Shown piece by piece: positions 13,351 through 26,522 of a stretch of 64,000 nucleotides of DNA. The notes beneath the pieces are model-generated. The model was given only the letters and a program-made list of their open reading frames with translations, had not been told where the DNA came from and made no database searches. Source of the stretch: Narcine bancroftii (lineage: Eukaryota); NCBI RefSeq assembly GCF_036971445.1, contig NC_091481.1:73346001-73410000 (forward strand), written 5' to 3'. Both the position numbers and the translations under genes were made by a program. Positions within the stretch are counted from its first letter, which is position 1. The number at the start of each line of letters is the position of its first letter.

Positions 13351-14077
13351 CATCATATCTAATTAACTCCTCCTCCTCCCCATTCTTCCCCCTTTCTCTC
13401 CCCAGCCTTTAAATCAGTCACCTGTATTTTTTTTACTCATACCTTGAAGAAGGGCTCAGACTGAAACGTCGGTAATACATCTTTACCTCCCACGCTGCGA
13501 GACTGGCTGAGTCCCTCCAGCATTTCTGGGTTTTGCCTACAATCACATTGTCTGCAGACTTTTGTGTTTCACAATATATCAAAATGCTTTTAAGCATTTA
13601 AACACAAAATTAATTGATTAATAATTCTTATTTTGTTCCTGGTGTTACTGAATAAATTTTTGTCGGCATGAGCAAGTTCTGCTGAATGGTCTGTGTCTAC
13701 GTTGTTTGATTCCGTGACTCTATCGCACATCTTTATGTCTCGTGATGATGGGAAGGCAGGGGTTGGTGGTCGTGAAGGGGTTGTGGAGAGAGACCTCCTT
13801 GGCTATTAAAGCTGTTGCATGAAATCCCCCTTTCTCTCCTCCCCTCTTCCCTCTCTTCCCCCTCTCCATCTTGCCCTCTCTCCCCCCCTCCACTGTCTAT
13901 TCTGTCTCCCTCCCTCTGTCACACCACCTCCTCCTCACTCCTTCACACTAGCACACTCCCTGTCGACACTCTCCCCTTTCACTGCAATCTTCCTCCTCTC
14001 CGCCTGCTGCTCTCCTTGCTTCATCCCCCTTCTTTCCCTCCACGTCCCCTCTCTCCCATCTCCCTTCCTCCTCCTAC

Positions 14078-14207
14078 CTGGAGTAGTCGGGCAGCACATC
14101 CTGAGGTTTGCTGAGCACGGTGTCCTTCACTTGTTTAAAGATTCTGTTTCCCCATTGGTTCAGGAGACGGGTGATGCTGCCGACCCCATTGATATTCACC
14201 CTGTCAG
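14078..14207 (-). CDS. Uncharacterised secreted coiled-coil protein, exon 3
   Basis: Boundaries ttttgcccag|CT GAC AGG GTG...TAC TCC AG|gtagga, 130 nt. Translates (A)DRVNINGVGSITRLLNQWGNRIFKQVKDTVLSKPQDVLPDYS(R). Confidence 0.85.
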
Positions 14208-14744
14208 CTGGGCAAAAGCACAGAGACACAAGGAAGTACACCACAGCAAAAATTCACCGCAACCTTCTCTGTAAAACAGAGTTCTCAACACCACGTAACG
14301 TTGGCCATTGTATTCCACCCCATTACACAACCAACAATCTTTCATCCCACTGACAATCCAATATTCTCCACATCTTGTAAACAATGCCCACTGTATTCTA
14401 CAACCAATTACACAACCAATGTTCTCTGCAACCCATCATTAGATCCATAGAACCTTACAGCACAGAAGCAGGCCCTTTGCCCCATCTAGTCTGTGACCTA
14501 GTCCAGTGGTTCTCTACCTTTTACATTCCACTCATATAACACCTTAAGTAATCCTTTATGCACCACAGACCACTATGGCATTCTGTGCTCTGTGGTTAGT
14601 AAGGGATTAAGGTAAAGGGGAGTGGAAAAAGGTTGAGAATAATAATAATAATCCCCCTAAAGATCTCACCTTTACCCTAAACCCACGGCCCCTGTTCTTG
14701 TCCCACCTAACCAGTTTGGTGAAAATGCCTGCTTGCATTGACTC

Positions 14745-15005
14745 TGAGTGTGTGTGTGGGTATGTGTGTGTGGGTGTGAGTGTTTGTGGGTGTGTTTATG
14801 GGTATGTATGAGTGTGTGTGTGGGTGTGAGTGCGTGTGTGGGGGTGTATGGGTATGTGTGAGTTAGTGTGTGTGGGTGTGAGTGTGGGTATGTGAGTGTA
14901 GGTGTGTATGGGTGGGGGTGGGTGTGGGTGTGAGTGTGTGTATGGGTGGGTGTGAGTGTGTATGGGTGGGTGTGTGGGTAGGTATGTGTGTGTGGGTGGA
15001 TGTGC
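14745..15005. repeat. Degenerate (GT)n/(GTGTGG)n microsatellite
   Basis: Visible directly. It accounts for the HT-rich ORFs in the track. Confidence 0.9.
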
Positions 15006-15047
15006 GGGAGGTTTGAAGCCAGGACATTTGCTGCTTGGCCATCCTAC

Positions 15048-15164
15048 CTCCTTCTCGGAAGTTCCATTTCCAGTGCTCACTGACTTGTTGCTTCTCACCC
15101 TGAGCCAATGAGAAGAGCAGCGTCAGGAATGCAAGGTGCAAACTCGTGCTGGGCACAGCCAACC
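15048..15164 (-). CDS. Uncharacterised secreted coiled-coil protein, exon 2 (signal peptide)
   Basis: Boundaries ctggtcttgcag|GG TTG...GAA GGA G|gtagga, 117 nt. Translates (G)LAVPSTSLHLAFLTLLFSLAQG-EKQQVSEHWKWNFREG. An alternative in-frame ATG lies at 15195 (accATG). Confidence 0.8.
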
Positions 15165-16339
15165 CTGCAAGACCAGAGTGAAGGGGGTTACACATGGTCC
15201 CACAGGTCAGAAGGAATGCACAGTCTTAATCTGGCTTCAAGGAGAGGGGGTTCCATATTCACCTCAGCAACTTGTAATGATGCTCAGAAGGCTATATGGC
15301 CCATTAGTTTCATCCTGGATTTTGGGATGTAATCCTATCGATCTGAAAACCAATGGTGAAAGTGGTCCTTTTTATGTTGGCTCAGGATAGACAGTAACTT
15401 CCCTGAGAGTGGATGTCTGGCCTGGAACTGGGGGTTTTGGACCAGAGCAGATGAGAACTGTCCCATGGAGAGAACTGGTCCACTTGAGAGTTCAGAGTCA
15501 GTCCCATGTGGAGGTTTGGGCCCCAGAACAGGAACAATCTGTGTTGCAGGGAGGGCTGACCAGTGAGGGGAGGCAGGGGTAGGCCTGTCCTTGGGGAAAG
15601 TGTTGGCTGCTGGAGAGGAGGGTGGGTTGATGGGGTTGGTACTGAGGATGGGGTTAATATTCCCTCTGCATGAACCATGGACCAGTCCCCCAGAGGTACC
15701 TCCATGACTCCATGTCTCTACCTCTGAGGAGCCCCTTCAGCCCGACCAATTCTGTCACTTCTCCCATGGTTGGTTCGTTTCAGTGAAGGACCTTTTTCCA
15801 ACCCACTGAAAGTACAAGGAGATGGAACAACAGAAATAAACCAGAGGGAGAAAGAATCCTGATTGGACAGGGGGATTTCCCGGAATCCTCGACTCCAGCA
15901 AGGCACAACATTCACTGAATCAACCTTCACTTCCCACCAACACTTCCAAAGGTTACCCACTGTTAGCAGTAGAATCCAACCGCAATGAAATAAGTGGGTT
16001 ATCATGCCACATAGAACAGGTGGTTCAGCCCATCAAATCCATGCTACCTATTTACACCGATCCCACCTTCACCCATTTTATTGTCTCAAATTACCACCCA
16101 CTCCACCCTGAATCTACCCATAGATTCAACAACATGTCATCACCTCATACTCCATCTGGATTACCTCCAACCAGATGACTATCTTCGACCTCTGGTTTCC
16201 GTCAGCCTCCACCTCTGTCACTCCCCTTCCCCTGTCTCCTTTCCTCCAGCTCTCCATTCACACAGCCACCCCCCTTTCCTCTTCTGCCCTCCTATCCATG
16301 TCCAATTAAGTTGGCTTTGCTTCTCCTGCCCTTTCTTCC

Positions 16340-17135
16340 CTGCCCTTTATCCACTTTTCTGCCAACTTACACCTTGACCACAAATTCACTTGGTCCATCT
16401 CTAACAAAACTCTCCCTTTTCTTGATCTCGCTGTGTCCATCTCGGGAGACAGCCTCTTGACAGAAATCTTGTACAAACCCACCAATTCCCACAACAACCT
16501 CAACTACATCTCTTCACACCCTGTCTGCTGCAAGGATTCCATTTTCTCAATTTGTCCATCTTTGTTGCATCTGCTCCCAGGATGAGGACTTCCATGCCAG
16601 ATAATCAAGGTGTCCTCTTTCTTCCAACAATGTGGCTTCCCCTCTATCACCATCAACTTGGCCCTCAGCTGCATATCCTCCATTACCCCCACATCTGGCT
16701 TGGTCCCCTCTGCCCCACACACAAGGTTAGGATTCCTCTTGTCCTTTCCTACCACCCCACTGGCCTCCTTGTCCAACACATCCTCAGCAATTTTCCACCA
16801 CCTACTACATAATCCCATCATCTGACACATCTTCACTTCTGCCCTCTCTGCCTTCAACTAGGAACTGCTCCATCCATGACTCCCTTGTCCACTCCTCCCT
16901 CCCCACCAATTGCCCCCTTGACACCTATTCCTGTGACCACAGGAAATGCTGCATTTGCACCTACACCTTCTCCCTCAGCACCATTCGGGGCCGAAACAGT
17001 CCTGTCAAGTGAAGCAACATTTCACGTGAATCTGTAGGGGTCATCGAATGTATCCAGTAATCCCATTGTGTTCTCCTCTCCATCAGAGAGACGGCACAGT
17101 CTAGAAGATCGCTTTGTTGAGCCCCTAGGCTCTGT
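16340..17135 (+). mobile_element. Penelope-like element fragment (RT C-terminus to GIY-YIG)
   Basis: Reads KFTWSISNKTLPFLDLAVSISGDSLLTEILYKPTNSH...SSHP..CKDSI, then TIRG.KQS.QVKQHF.CES.GVI. Confidence 0.8.
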
Positions 17136-17479
17136 CTACTCCAGTGGCACGGGGGGGTGTTCACTGAGAGATGGGGTGTGACTCCATCCTCACTCCGAAC
17201 AAAGGAGTGAGGCTGATGTTGAACTTTGCAACTTAGAAATTCCACACTAACAGGAAACAAAACCTGACTCCCCGCTGCTTTGGGAACTTAAATGATTTAG
17301 CAAAAGTAACATTTTGTAAAATAATTATTGATACATTAAACGACCTTTCTCTGCCTTTAAAAAATATCCTCAACGGCGGGTAAGTGATTCCACATCACCC
17401 TCCAATGCACACGGCAACACCTTCAACACCAGTACGTAAATCCAGTGTCCACCTTGCTGCCCAGCTTGAAATAGGTTAC

Positions 17480-17498
17480 CTGGAATTCTTGGCCTCAT
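17480..17498 (-). CDS. Uncharacterised secreted coiled-coil protein, putative first coding exon (MRPRIP-G)
   Basis: ATG AGG CCA AGA ATT CCA G|gtaacc. Phase 1 joins the 15164 exon and supplies a basic signal-peptide n-region. Another in-frame ATG lies upstream at 17540. Confidence 0.55.
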
Positions 17499-17734
17499 TG
17501 ATCCGTACTGCCTGGGAATGTGTTGAAGACTATGGAGCATCAAAGCTGTGTAGAGTCATGCGCCTCTTCCTCTCCCTCTCCTCTCCTCTGTCTCTTCACT
17601 TCTGAGAGCCTGTTCAGTGTTCCCTGCAGTTTGTTTTTCTGCTGGTGACGTGTGGAGTTGATTTCACTTTGAATTCCAGATGGTGAAAAGATGTGATTGT
17701 TAAAGTAGTTGAGAGCTTTATGATGCCGACTGGG

Positions 17735-18720
17735 CTAGGTGAATAGAGAGTGCGAACTTCCTGCAATGTGTGCAATGTTTGGTGAATGCACATTTCTGAC
17801 CACATTCTGCCCATTATACCCAGAGCCACGTCCCTGTGGACCAACAAGGACAGGATTCCCCTTGTCCTCACCTACCACCCCACCAACCGCATCCAACACA
17901 TGCTCCTCCGCCATTTCCACCACCACCAGACACATATCTGACCCCTCTTCTCCCTCTTTGCCTTCTGCAGTGGCCACCCCTCAATGACTTTCTTGTCTAC
18001 TTCTTCCTCCCCACCAATCCTGTGACCGCAGGAGATGCTCCACTTGGGCCCACACCTCCTCCCTCAGCACCATTCGGGGCCCCAAACAGACCTTCCAAGT
18101 GAAGCAATATTTCACTTGTGAATCTGCAGGGGTCATTGACTGCATCTGGTGCTCCTGCTGTGGTCTCCTCTCCATCGGAGAGACTCGGTGATTGCTTCAT
18201 TGACCACCTTCACTCTGTCCACTGCAATGATGCGGATCTCCCAGTGGCCACCCATTTCAACTCTCCACCCCATTCCCTCGCTGACATGTCTGTCCATGGT
18301 CTCATGTCCTGCCAGACTGAGACCACCCCGCAAATTGGAGGAACAACACCTCATCTGCTGGCCCCCCTCCTACCGGATGGTATTAACATCCTTTTCTCCA
18401 GTTTCCATTAGCTCCCCCTCCCCCACTCAACTATCCCTATGTCTCCTCCAGCCTTGTGTGTGTGTCTCTCTCTTTCTTCTTTCCCCAGCTCTGCTCTCAC
18501 ATCCCCTTCCCCAATCGATTCTCACCTTTCTTCTCTCCTGTCCCTCCCCAGCCTTTTACTTCAGGTGTCTGCCTGTTTTTTTTTCACACATACCTTGAAG
18601 GGCTCAGGCCAAAACATTGGTAATGTCCCTTTGCCCCAGTGAGTCTGGCTGAGTTCCTCCAGCAATTGTGTTTCCACTACAATCTCAGTATGTCCTGATT
18701 CTCATGTTTTACTTTGGGAC
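17735..18720 (+). mobile_element. Penelope-like element fragment with terminal pseudo-LTR
   Basis: Reads RIPLVLTYHP...TIRGPKQTFQVKQYFTCESAGVI.CIWCS.CGL...HFNSP.HSL.DMSVHGL...KLEEQHLI, then the tail 'cataccttgaagggctcagg...ctggctgagttcctccagc'. Confidence 0.8.
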
Positions 18721-20139
18721 ATTAACTGGATTGTGTTCATTCCGTCCAATATTTTGAATGGAAAGTCCCATCCGTAGCAGCACGGAACTCCCAATCACCA
18801 GAGTCTTGTCATTAAAGCAGCCTCCCGTCCTGAGTCTTGGCTGGCACTGCCCCTGGTAGGGCCACTCTTGCCCACCTTGGAATTTAAATGACAGGTCTGT
18901 CCCAGGAGGGTGCTGGGAACTGATGGCTCAGCCGTTGAGTTACTGGACAAGCCCAAAGATTGAGTTCATTCCCCACCAGGAGAGCCATGACATCGAATTC
19001 AATAATTTATAATGTAAGGCAGAACCGGTAATGGCAGCCTTGGGGGCTGTGGGTGTGGTGAGAGCTCACCTCATATGCCCAGCCAATACCCAGCTCAATG
19101 CTGTGAAGGGTGGGCAGCAGGACCAATCTTGCCAGTGATGCCTTCCCACCCGTTTCCAGGAAGAGATTAAACAGACTTAAAGAAATGTTAACATCTTCCA
19201 TGCAGGTGTTAGAAGCTGGAAGAATTGAGGGATGGAATTAAAATCTTTGATCTCCCAGATGTCCCGACCCATACAGCGCTTCCCATCACATCTCTCTGTG
19301 GCTTCTAGCTCCCGTACATCCAGTTCCTTCATCCTGTCCATAAACCCTTCTTTGGGTCCACATAGGCCCCACTTTGGGAAATAGTGGATATGATCCAAAG
19401 TGACTTTACAAACACCAACCTTTGGCACAATGGAGGGATGAAGAATTCGACCCCAACAGGCAGAATGGATGGGACGGGTAGAGAGGGGATAGGTGAATGG
19501 AGGATAAGATGAGACAGGAACATGGGGCAGACCCTTTGGCCCATCTTGCTCAGGCTGACCACCTACATTTACCAGTATGAGGTCATTCGCAATTTAAGTC
19601 CTTGTTAAACTTTGAGATCGTTGCTTCCCCCAACTTGAACAGTGTGTTCCACGTTCACATCATCCTCCTGTTGAAAGAAACCTGCAGATCCCCTCTTCTC
19701 CCTTCCCCTGAATATGTCCTCTAGTGTTATTTATACCTCTGTACAGGGAAAAGATTCCTACTATCTACCCTGGAGATGCTCCTCATGGTTCTGTACACCT
19801 CTGCTAGATCATTCACTCTCCAGGAGCACAGCCTATCTTGTTTCTCTTCCTCTGTGAAATCCTGCATCTCAGGGATCTCTCCCCCTCTCCCTGGTTAATG
19901 TCCTCCACACACTCTCCAATCAAATCCCTCTGGCCTGTGGCTAAACCAACATCTTACAATGTGGTATCATAACCTCCCCACTCTCATGGCAACCACATAC
20001 TAGTATGCTGGACGTATTCCACACACACATTATCTATGTTTGCAGCTGCTTATCAACATTTTCATTGCCTTTTTGAAAAATGTAATCATGGTCAGGCAAA
20101 GTGTGGGATGGATTCAGGGTGTGTGAGTGTAAAACATAT

Positions 20140-20470
20140 AGGGGAGTGTGTGTAGACACAAACATGTCTGTGGAACACAAACAGGGGACTGTGCATAGAT
20201 CTCATACAGGGGGCTGTGCGTGGAACATGTATAGGGAACTGTGTGTGGAACACGTACAGGGGACTGTGCGGACAGTGCATGCAACACATACGGGAAGTGT
20301 GTGTGGAATAAGTACAGGAGACTGTGTGAAGCAAGAACAGGGGACTGTGCGTGGATCACATACAGGGGTCTGTGCGAGGAACACCTATAGGGAACTGTGT
20401 GTGGTTCTCATACAGGGGGCTGTGCGGACACTGCATGGAACACGTACGAGGACTGTGTATGGAACACTTA
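20140..20470. repeat. ~25-bp minisatellite (ggaacacgtacaggggactgtgtgt-like)
   Basis: About a dozen diverged tandem copies are visible. Confidence 0.8.
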
Positions 20471-21039
20471 AACCTGGTTCATCGACAAACCATGCTGAGA
20501 GAAGAGTGGGGCTTTTGCTTTTGCTAAACTGTGGGTAGGAAACATCACTGTGTGTTGAAGTAATTACCAGCCTGTGATCCAGTCCACAACTCTGGAGCCT
20601 GCCAGGACACAATGACAAAGCTGTTTCATGTCATCAACACTTCACTTGATTTATTCTCTGTTTACCTTTTGATCATTGAATGTGGGCAGGAAGAATAGGC
20701 CCCAGGAGCCATTTGTTCAGACTGGTCATCCCTCACTCTGGGACAGGGGTGACTCTGTTCCTCCTCCCCACCTCTCCCCTCCCTTCCCCCTCCCCATCAT
20801 CCAATCTCGCCCGGGTCAAATGTGGACTGTGCAGAGATCAATCCAGATGCTGACCTCAAAACTACCCATTCCTGCTTCTAATCCTTATTTTGCTGCGTCC
20901 TCTTAATCTGGTTCTGATCCTGAACCCATATTTGAGGATAATCCCACACATGGCTGGTCCCACTCCTAACTGTATCCCTCTCCTGATCTCGATCCAACTC
21001 CTAACCTGATCCCATTCCCCAACGATGACCCATTCTCAT

Positions 21040-21540
21040 GGCCTAGTTCCTTAAGCAAGTTCTGGTCACCTCGTTATCAGAAGAATGTGGAAGCTATGGA
21101 GAGTGTTAAGAGGAGATTCACCAGGATGTTGCCTGGATTGGAAAATAAGTCTTATGAGGTAATATTAGCAGAGCTGGGATTTTTCTCCTTGGAGAGTAGA
21201 AGGATGAGAGGTCTACAAGATTCTGAGAGGCCTAGATAAGATGGACAGCCAGCGACTTTTTCCCAGGGTGAGAGTAGCAAGCACCAGAGAACATCTGTAC
21301 AAAGTGAAGTGAGGGAGATCAGGGGTAAATTTTTTAACACAGAGAGTTGCAGGGGCCTGGAATGCCTTGTCGGGGATGGTGGTGGATGCTGGAACATTAG
21401 AGACTCTTAGATAGATTCATGGATGAAAGAAAAACAGAGGTAGGGAGAGTTTAGTACTTTTTTTGGTAGGAATATACAAGTCAGCATAACATTGAGGGCT
21501 GAAGGGTCTGTACTATGCTGTAGCATTCTATGTTCTTACT
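21040..21540 (+). mobile_element. CR1-clade LINE 3' end
   Basis: Reads FWSP.Y.K.VEA.E....RRFTRMLPGLENKSYE..LAELG.FSLE.RRMRG. The same subfamily occurs at 51590-52060 on the minus strand. Confidence 0.8.
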
Positions 21541-24457
21541 CTGGGAACTCTGACCTGGTCTGGGTCAAAGTGGAACAACTCTCTGAGGTTCTCTCTACAG
21601 CACAACAGGAACTGCAGGGTTCATTTCTCCTCTGTGACACGAGACCAGATTTTGACCACTTGTGCTGGGATTACCCAACAGCTGGGTAGATGCCCAGTGC
21701 TTTCGCATCACCAAGACATTTTGGCCCTTTGCACGGAAGTGTAATTTCAAATTGAATACAGGCAGCCTGTAACAAACTTCAATGGAAAAATAGCGTGAAC
21801 GCAGTCCACGGTGTTTACAAACAAATTTTTGCAAATACTCAGCATCTGACAAGAGAAATACTTCAGGTCAGAGCTTTCATCTGAATCGTTTATAAACAGT
21901 CTAATTAGACATGTATTGCTTGTTGTTGTTCCCACTTCAGAGAACCAATAGATCCTGGATCCAGCAATCTACTCCCTTCGGTAACTGTGACAGCGATCCT
22001 CTGTCGACACTGGTTCCACCCAATGTGGTCATGTCTTTCCACAAATCACTAATCTATGCCCTCTTGGTAACACTCTCAGTTATCACTGCAATGAGGGAAT
22101 TGATTTAAGATCATCAGTTCTGTATTATTTTTCACTGCAGCATGGATTTATTGATTATCATTTTCAAAGTGATGGGAGGTTATCCACTCCCACCCCTCTT
22201 GTGCCAAAGCCCAGTGATCTGGGGTCTTTTTTTTGGACTGAATCTCTCTCCAGAGGTTTGTGAATTACTCGCAGATCTCCACGCCAGCGGCTGGACGTGA
22301 TGAGGTACAAATTCATGCTTTACTGTGTGGTGTGCTGTTAGACACACAGGGCATCACACGTTTCCATGGAACAGACAGCATTTCACATGTGTTGCACAGA
22401 TGTCTCCACCGGTTAGGGCAAGGGTTGCTTCCTGACTCCTGGCTTTGAAGTGATATCTCTGTGTAATGTGAAATGATCGAGTATGGCTCAGGGGGAGCCC
22501 CAACAGGAGGAGGGTCTCACCAGTGGGGCTCCATGCATCATCTTCCATCCACTCATTCACCACCAGCAGATCATCTCTTGCACTCACCGCCGCCTCCCTC
22601 GTTAAACCTCTCCCTCATCAAGACACCCTCTCCCACCAACACTGCCCTGGCTCCCTCACCCACGAATTCCCCCGCTCATTCTTCCCACAATGAATGATTC
22701 CCCCAGCAGATTACTCCCCCGGTGAATGACACCTTCAACCACTCCTTTCTACAATGAATACTCCCCTCGTGACTATCTTCCTGAAAGACACCCTCATCCG
22801 CCACCTCCCTCTCAAGCACGACCTGTTTCCCCAGCCTCCCTTTTGCTGACTCCTTCAGCCAGGAATCTGTGAAATTCTCCTCTCTCTGCCAAACCAAAGT
22901 TTCCTTTCTTTTGTTTTTGCAATTAAACATCTTCTGTCAAGTTTCAGTAGGTTGGATTTAGATATTTGGACCTTGTTTTTCCTCACTCTCCTGTTACAAA
23001 TCCCATTTTCCATCACCCAGACCTGACTCACTCATTGGCTTCAAGTCCACACAGGGGCCAATCTAAAGAACTTCAAAACACCTCCTTTATATTACACAAG
23101 CTATCAACATCAGTACAATCTCAGAATCAGGATTTATTGTCTTGACATGTCATGAAATTCATTGTTTGGCGGCAGCGTCACAGGGCAAACATTTATATAA
23201 ATCACCTTACAAAATAAATGAAAATAGTGCACTAAAAGTCAAAGTGAGGCTGTGTTCTTTGTTCATTCCGGAATCTGATGGCAGAGGGGAAGAAGCTGTC
23301 CTTGTTCTGTTGAGCGCTCATCTTTGGGCTCCTGTACCTTTTCCCCGATGGTGGCAGAGTGAAGAGGGCACAGCCTGGGTGGTGGGATCTTTGAGGATAG
23401 AAGTTGCTTTTTTAAGACACTGCCTCACAGAGACGACCTATATGGAGTAACGTCTGATGCCTGTGATGTCGCAGGCCGAGTGAACAACCTTCTGGAATTT
23501 TTTCCTGTCCTGAGAGTCGGCGCCTCCGTACCAGGCAGTGATGCAACCTGCCAGAATGCTCTCCACGGTACACCTGTAGCAGTTTTCAATCTTACCCCAA
23601 GCTCCATAATCAGTTCAGCACTTTTACTTCATGAGCTGCATTAAATGGTGAAACATTTTGCTGTTAACTTCTTGCTGGCGCTTGTGTGCTGCTTGTGTCA
23701 CTGGGGTTCCGTTGGGTTAGCATTGACAAGACCTCAGCTCTCAGGGTACGTCTGTCTCCTACAGAATGAAGAAACCCTACCGAATGTTACAAGCAAAGAC
23801 TGAAGTTAGCTGTTGGATGTGTGAGTTGTTCTGGCAGGTTGCATCAGAGGCGCCAACTCTGAGGACAAGAATGAACTCCAGAGGGTTGTTATCTCGGCCT
23901 GAGACATCACACCCCAGGCTTCACTGCATTGAGGACATCGACATGAGGCAATGTCTTAAAAAGCAGCCTCTATCCTCAAAGTCCCCCACCACTCAGACCA
24001 TGCCCTCTTTACTCTGCTACCAGGAACCTGAAGGCGAGCACTCAGTAGAACAAGGACAGCTTTTTCCTCTCTGCCATCAGATTACTGAAGGATCAATGAA
24101 CCATGGACACTAATTTCCCTTGACTTATCGTGCACATATTTTTGAAAGATGGTTTATATGAATGTTCCCCCCTGTGCCCACTCCTGTTGTCTGACACCTG
24201 TATGAACCTCACAATGTTGTGTTTGCCCTGTTCTAACTGATCTCTCTCTGTAACTCTACAGCTGTTCTAGGTATGGCTGGCCTGCTAGACAGTTTTCAAG
24301 ATGAACTTTCTCACTGTACTTCAATAGATGTGTCAATAAGCATGACCTTGCACTGAAAGTGTTATCAAAGGGGTAGTTGTAAGGTTCGGAGGTACATCTA
24401 TTTTCTGTTCACAGATCCCTTGTTCCAGGGATCATTGCACAATAAAGCTTCTCCTTA

Positions 24458-24823
24458 GCCCCTTTTAAATTGCAGCATCTGGGTTGACCTCCTTTTAAAT
24501 TGCAGGGGGCTCGACCAATTAAATTGCCAACCCAGTGATTTAAGGGGGATCCCACCCCCACAATGAAGCTTCATGCACTCACCGGATGTTCAGATGCTGG
24601 CTGCCAAGAGACACAAGCGCTGATGTCACCGGAATAAACAGGTCGGCCATTTTCCTGTTCAAATCACCTGTGGACGAGACCTAGGTAACTGGGTTCCCTA
24701 ACTACCTCTGAGGTAGGTCAGGGACCCTGTTGGATTCCAATGAGGTTGGACCCTTCCTAACTGGGCTGTTAACCTTGCAAATTGCCCAGTTAACCCTGTT
24801 TTACATGGCAGTTTGAAAGGGTC
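24458..24823. mobile_element. Non-autonomous PIF/Harbinger-like DNA transposon (MITE)
   Basis: Imperfect terminal inverted repeats gccccttttaaattgc and gcagtttgaaagggtc, flanked by TTA (24455-24457) and TAA (24824-24826), the TWA target typical of Harbinger. Confidence 0.55.
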
Positions 24824-26339
24824 TAATATTGTGTCTGCCATTCTCAATCTGGATAAACTGGTTGTGTTGAGGCCAAAGTCGGTTTCAGTGGGGCCTCTGT
24901 CTTACTAACTAGCACAAATGTTTTCCTGAAATCATGAAAACATTGCTGTCCCAGCTGTATTACAGCACATGGAATATTCACAATTCAATGAGTTCTTTTG
25001 AGTAATTAGCCAAAAAAATCGAAGACAGATGTTTTAGCAATTGAAGGGATAATCTAGAATCAGGATTGGGACCAGGGGGGAAAAAAGGAAGAAAATTCCA
25101 CTGTGTATATTTAATGAGAAAGGTTTGTATATATTTTGGTTGATATGGTTCACAGTATGAAAAATAAAAAATTATTAAAAAGGATTGGGACCATTGCTTT
25201 AGTTTTTATATACAGAATCTGGACTTAGGGCAGGAAAGTTTTGAAGACATGAAAAGGAATCAGGATGAATCAAGGAATTGGCAGACAGAGGTCCTGCACA
25301 AACTGACTGGAGATCCAAAGACGGGTACCCTTTGGAAGAAATAAAGTTGCGATAGGCTTGGGGAGATGGGATGTATGAGGGCAGAATTACTTGGAGAGGC
25401 AAATCCTCAAAGCCCTCATGGTTAAATAAAGCAGCCAACAGTGTCTAGTCCAGGGGTTCCAAGGCTCTGAGAAAGGAGCTTTCAACACAAAAACACATTA
25501 GGTTTCAGAGTAGAAAATAGATCAACATTTGGGGAGGTCAGAGAGTGTCCACCTGAAGATGAATGGACCTCAGAATAGTGAAGGAAGCAGGAATTATTTC
25601 CTCATCTAGTTGGAGAATGGAAAGAGGGAATACAAGGTGTGGTCCAATTTGTGGGTAGCCTGAACTTGGCAGTACACGAGGTCACGTGATAGACATGATT
25701 TGAGGATTTCAGCATGTGTTGCTTTCTCCTGCCATCTAGTGTTCAGCTGGTAAACATGGTCCCTGGGACACAAGGGGTGCATATGCTGGAGCCCAGAGCA
25801 ATGTACAATCTGCTGGACAACTCAGGGTGTCTGGGAATGTCTGTCTGTGTGTAGGGGAGGGGGAGTGACTGGACGTTTCAGGTAGAAACCCAGCATCAGG
25901 AACTCCTTTCCCTACACAGATGCAGCTCGACCTGCTGAATTCCTCCAGTAGACAGTTTATTGGTGTTAAGATGTTGACCTTGCATTAAATACATCAGTCA
26001 AGAGCTTGATTTGCCTGCTAAGCTGAATTAATCATTGTGAATCTTCCATAGTCACCCTCCTCCGATTTCACAGCCTCTCCCCATTACTTGGCATAGAATC
26101 CCCACTCTCCCAAAATTCACGCAGCCCTCCATAAATCCCCACATTTTGTTGAACATTTCTATCTTCTACGCCCTCTCTTGTTATAACAATTACAGCACGG
26201 AAACAGGCCAATTTGGCCCTTCTAGTCCGCAATGTTCCGTACCCTCCTCTAATCCCATTTACCAGCACATATCCCTCCATCCCCCTCCCATCCACATACT
26301 TATCCAACTCTTTTTGTCAGGAGATGGCTGTCAATTAAA

Positions 26340-26522
26340 ATTCTAAATCTAAGTGAAATAAATTGACTAGAGAAACCTGAACATTCTTTGAGGGTGGGAG
26401 GAAACTGGAGCCCCACGCTGTCATGGGGAGAACGTATAAACTCCTTACAAACAGCGCGAGATTTGAGCCCAGGTCACTGGTGAGTAATAATGCTGTGCTA
26501 ACCACTATAGTATCCGTGCCAC
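26340..26522 (-). mobile_element. tRNA-derived V-SINE (HE1-like)
   Basis: Reverse complement has a tRNA-like head followed by the V-domain 'aaggagtttatacgttctcccc...gtttcctcccac'. Confidence 0.65.

Noticed and set aside
13096-13356. Arg/Glu/Gly-rich ORF
   Set aside because: It is a translation of the purine-rich strand of a minisatellite.
20092-20618. Cys/His/Thr-rich ORFs on both strands
   Set aside because: They arise from the ~25-bp minisatellite.
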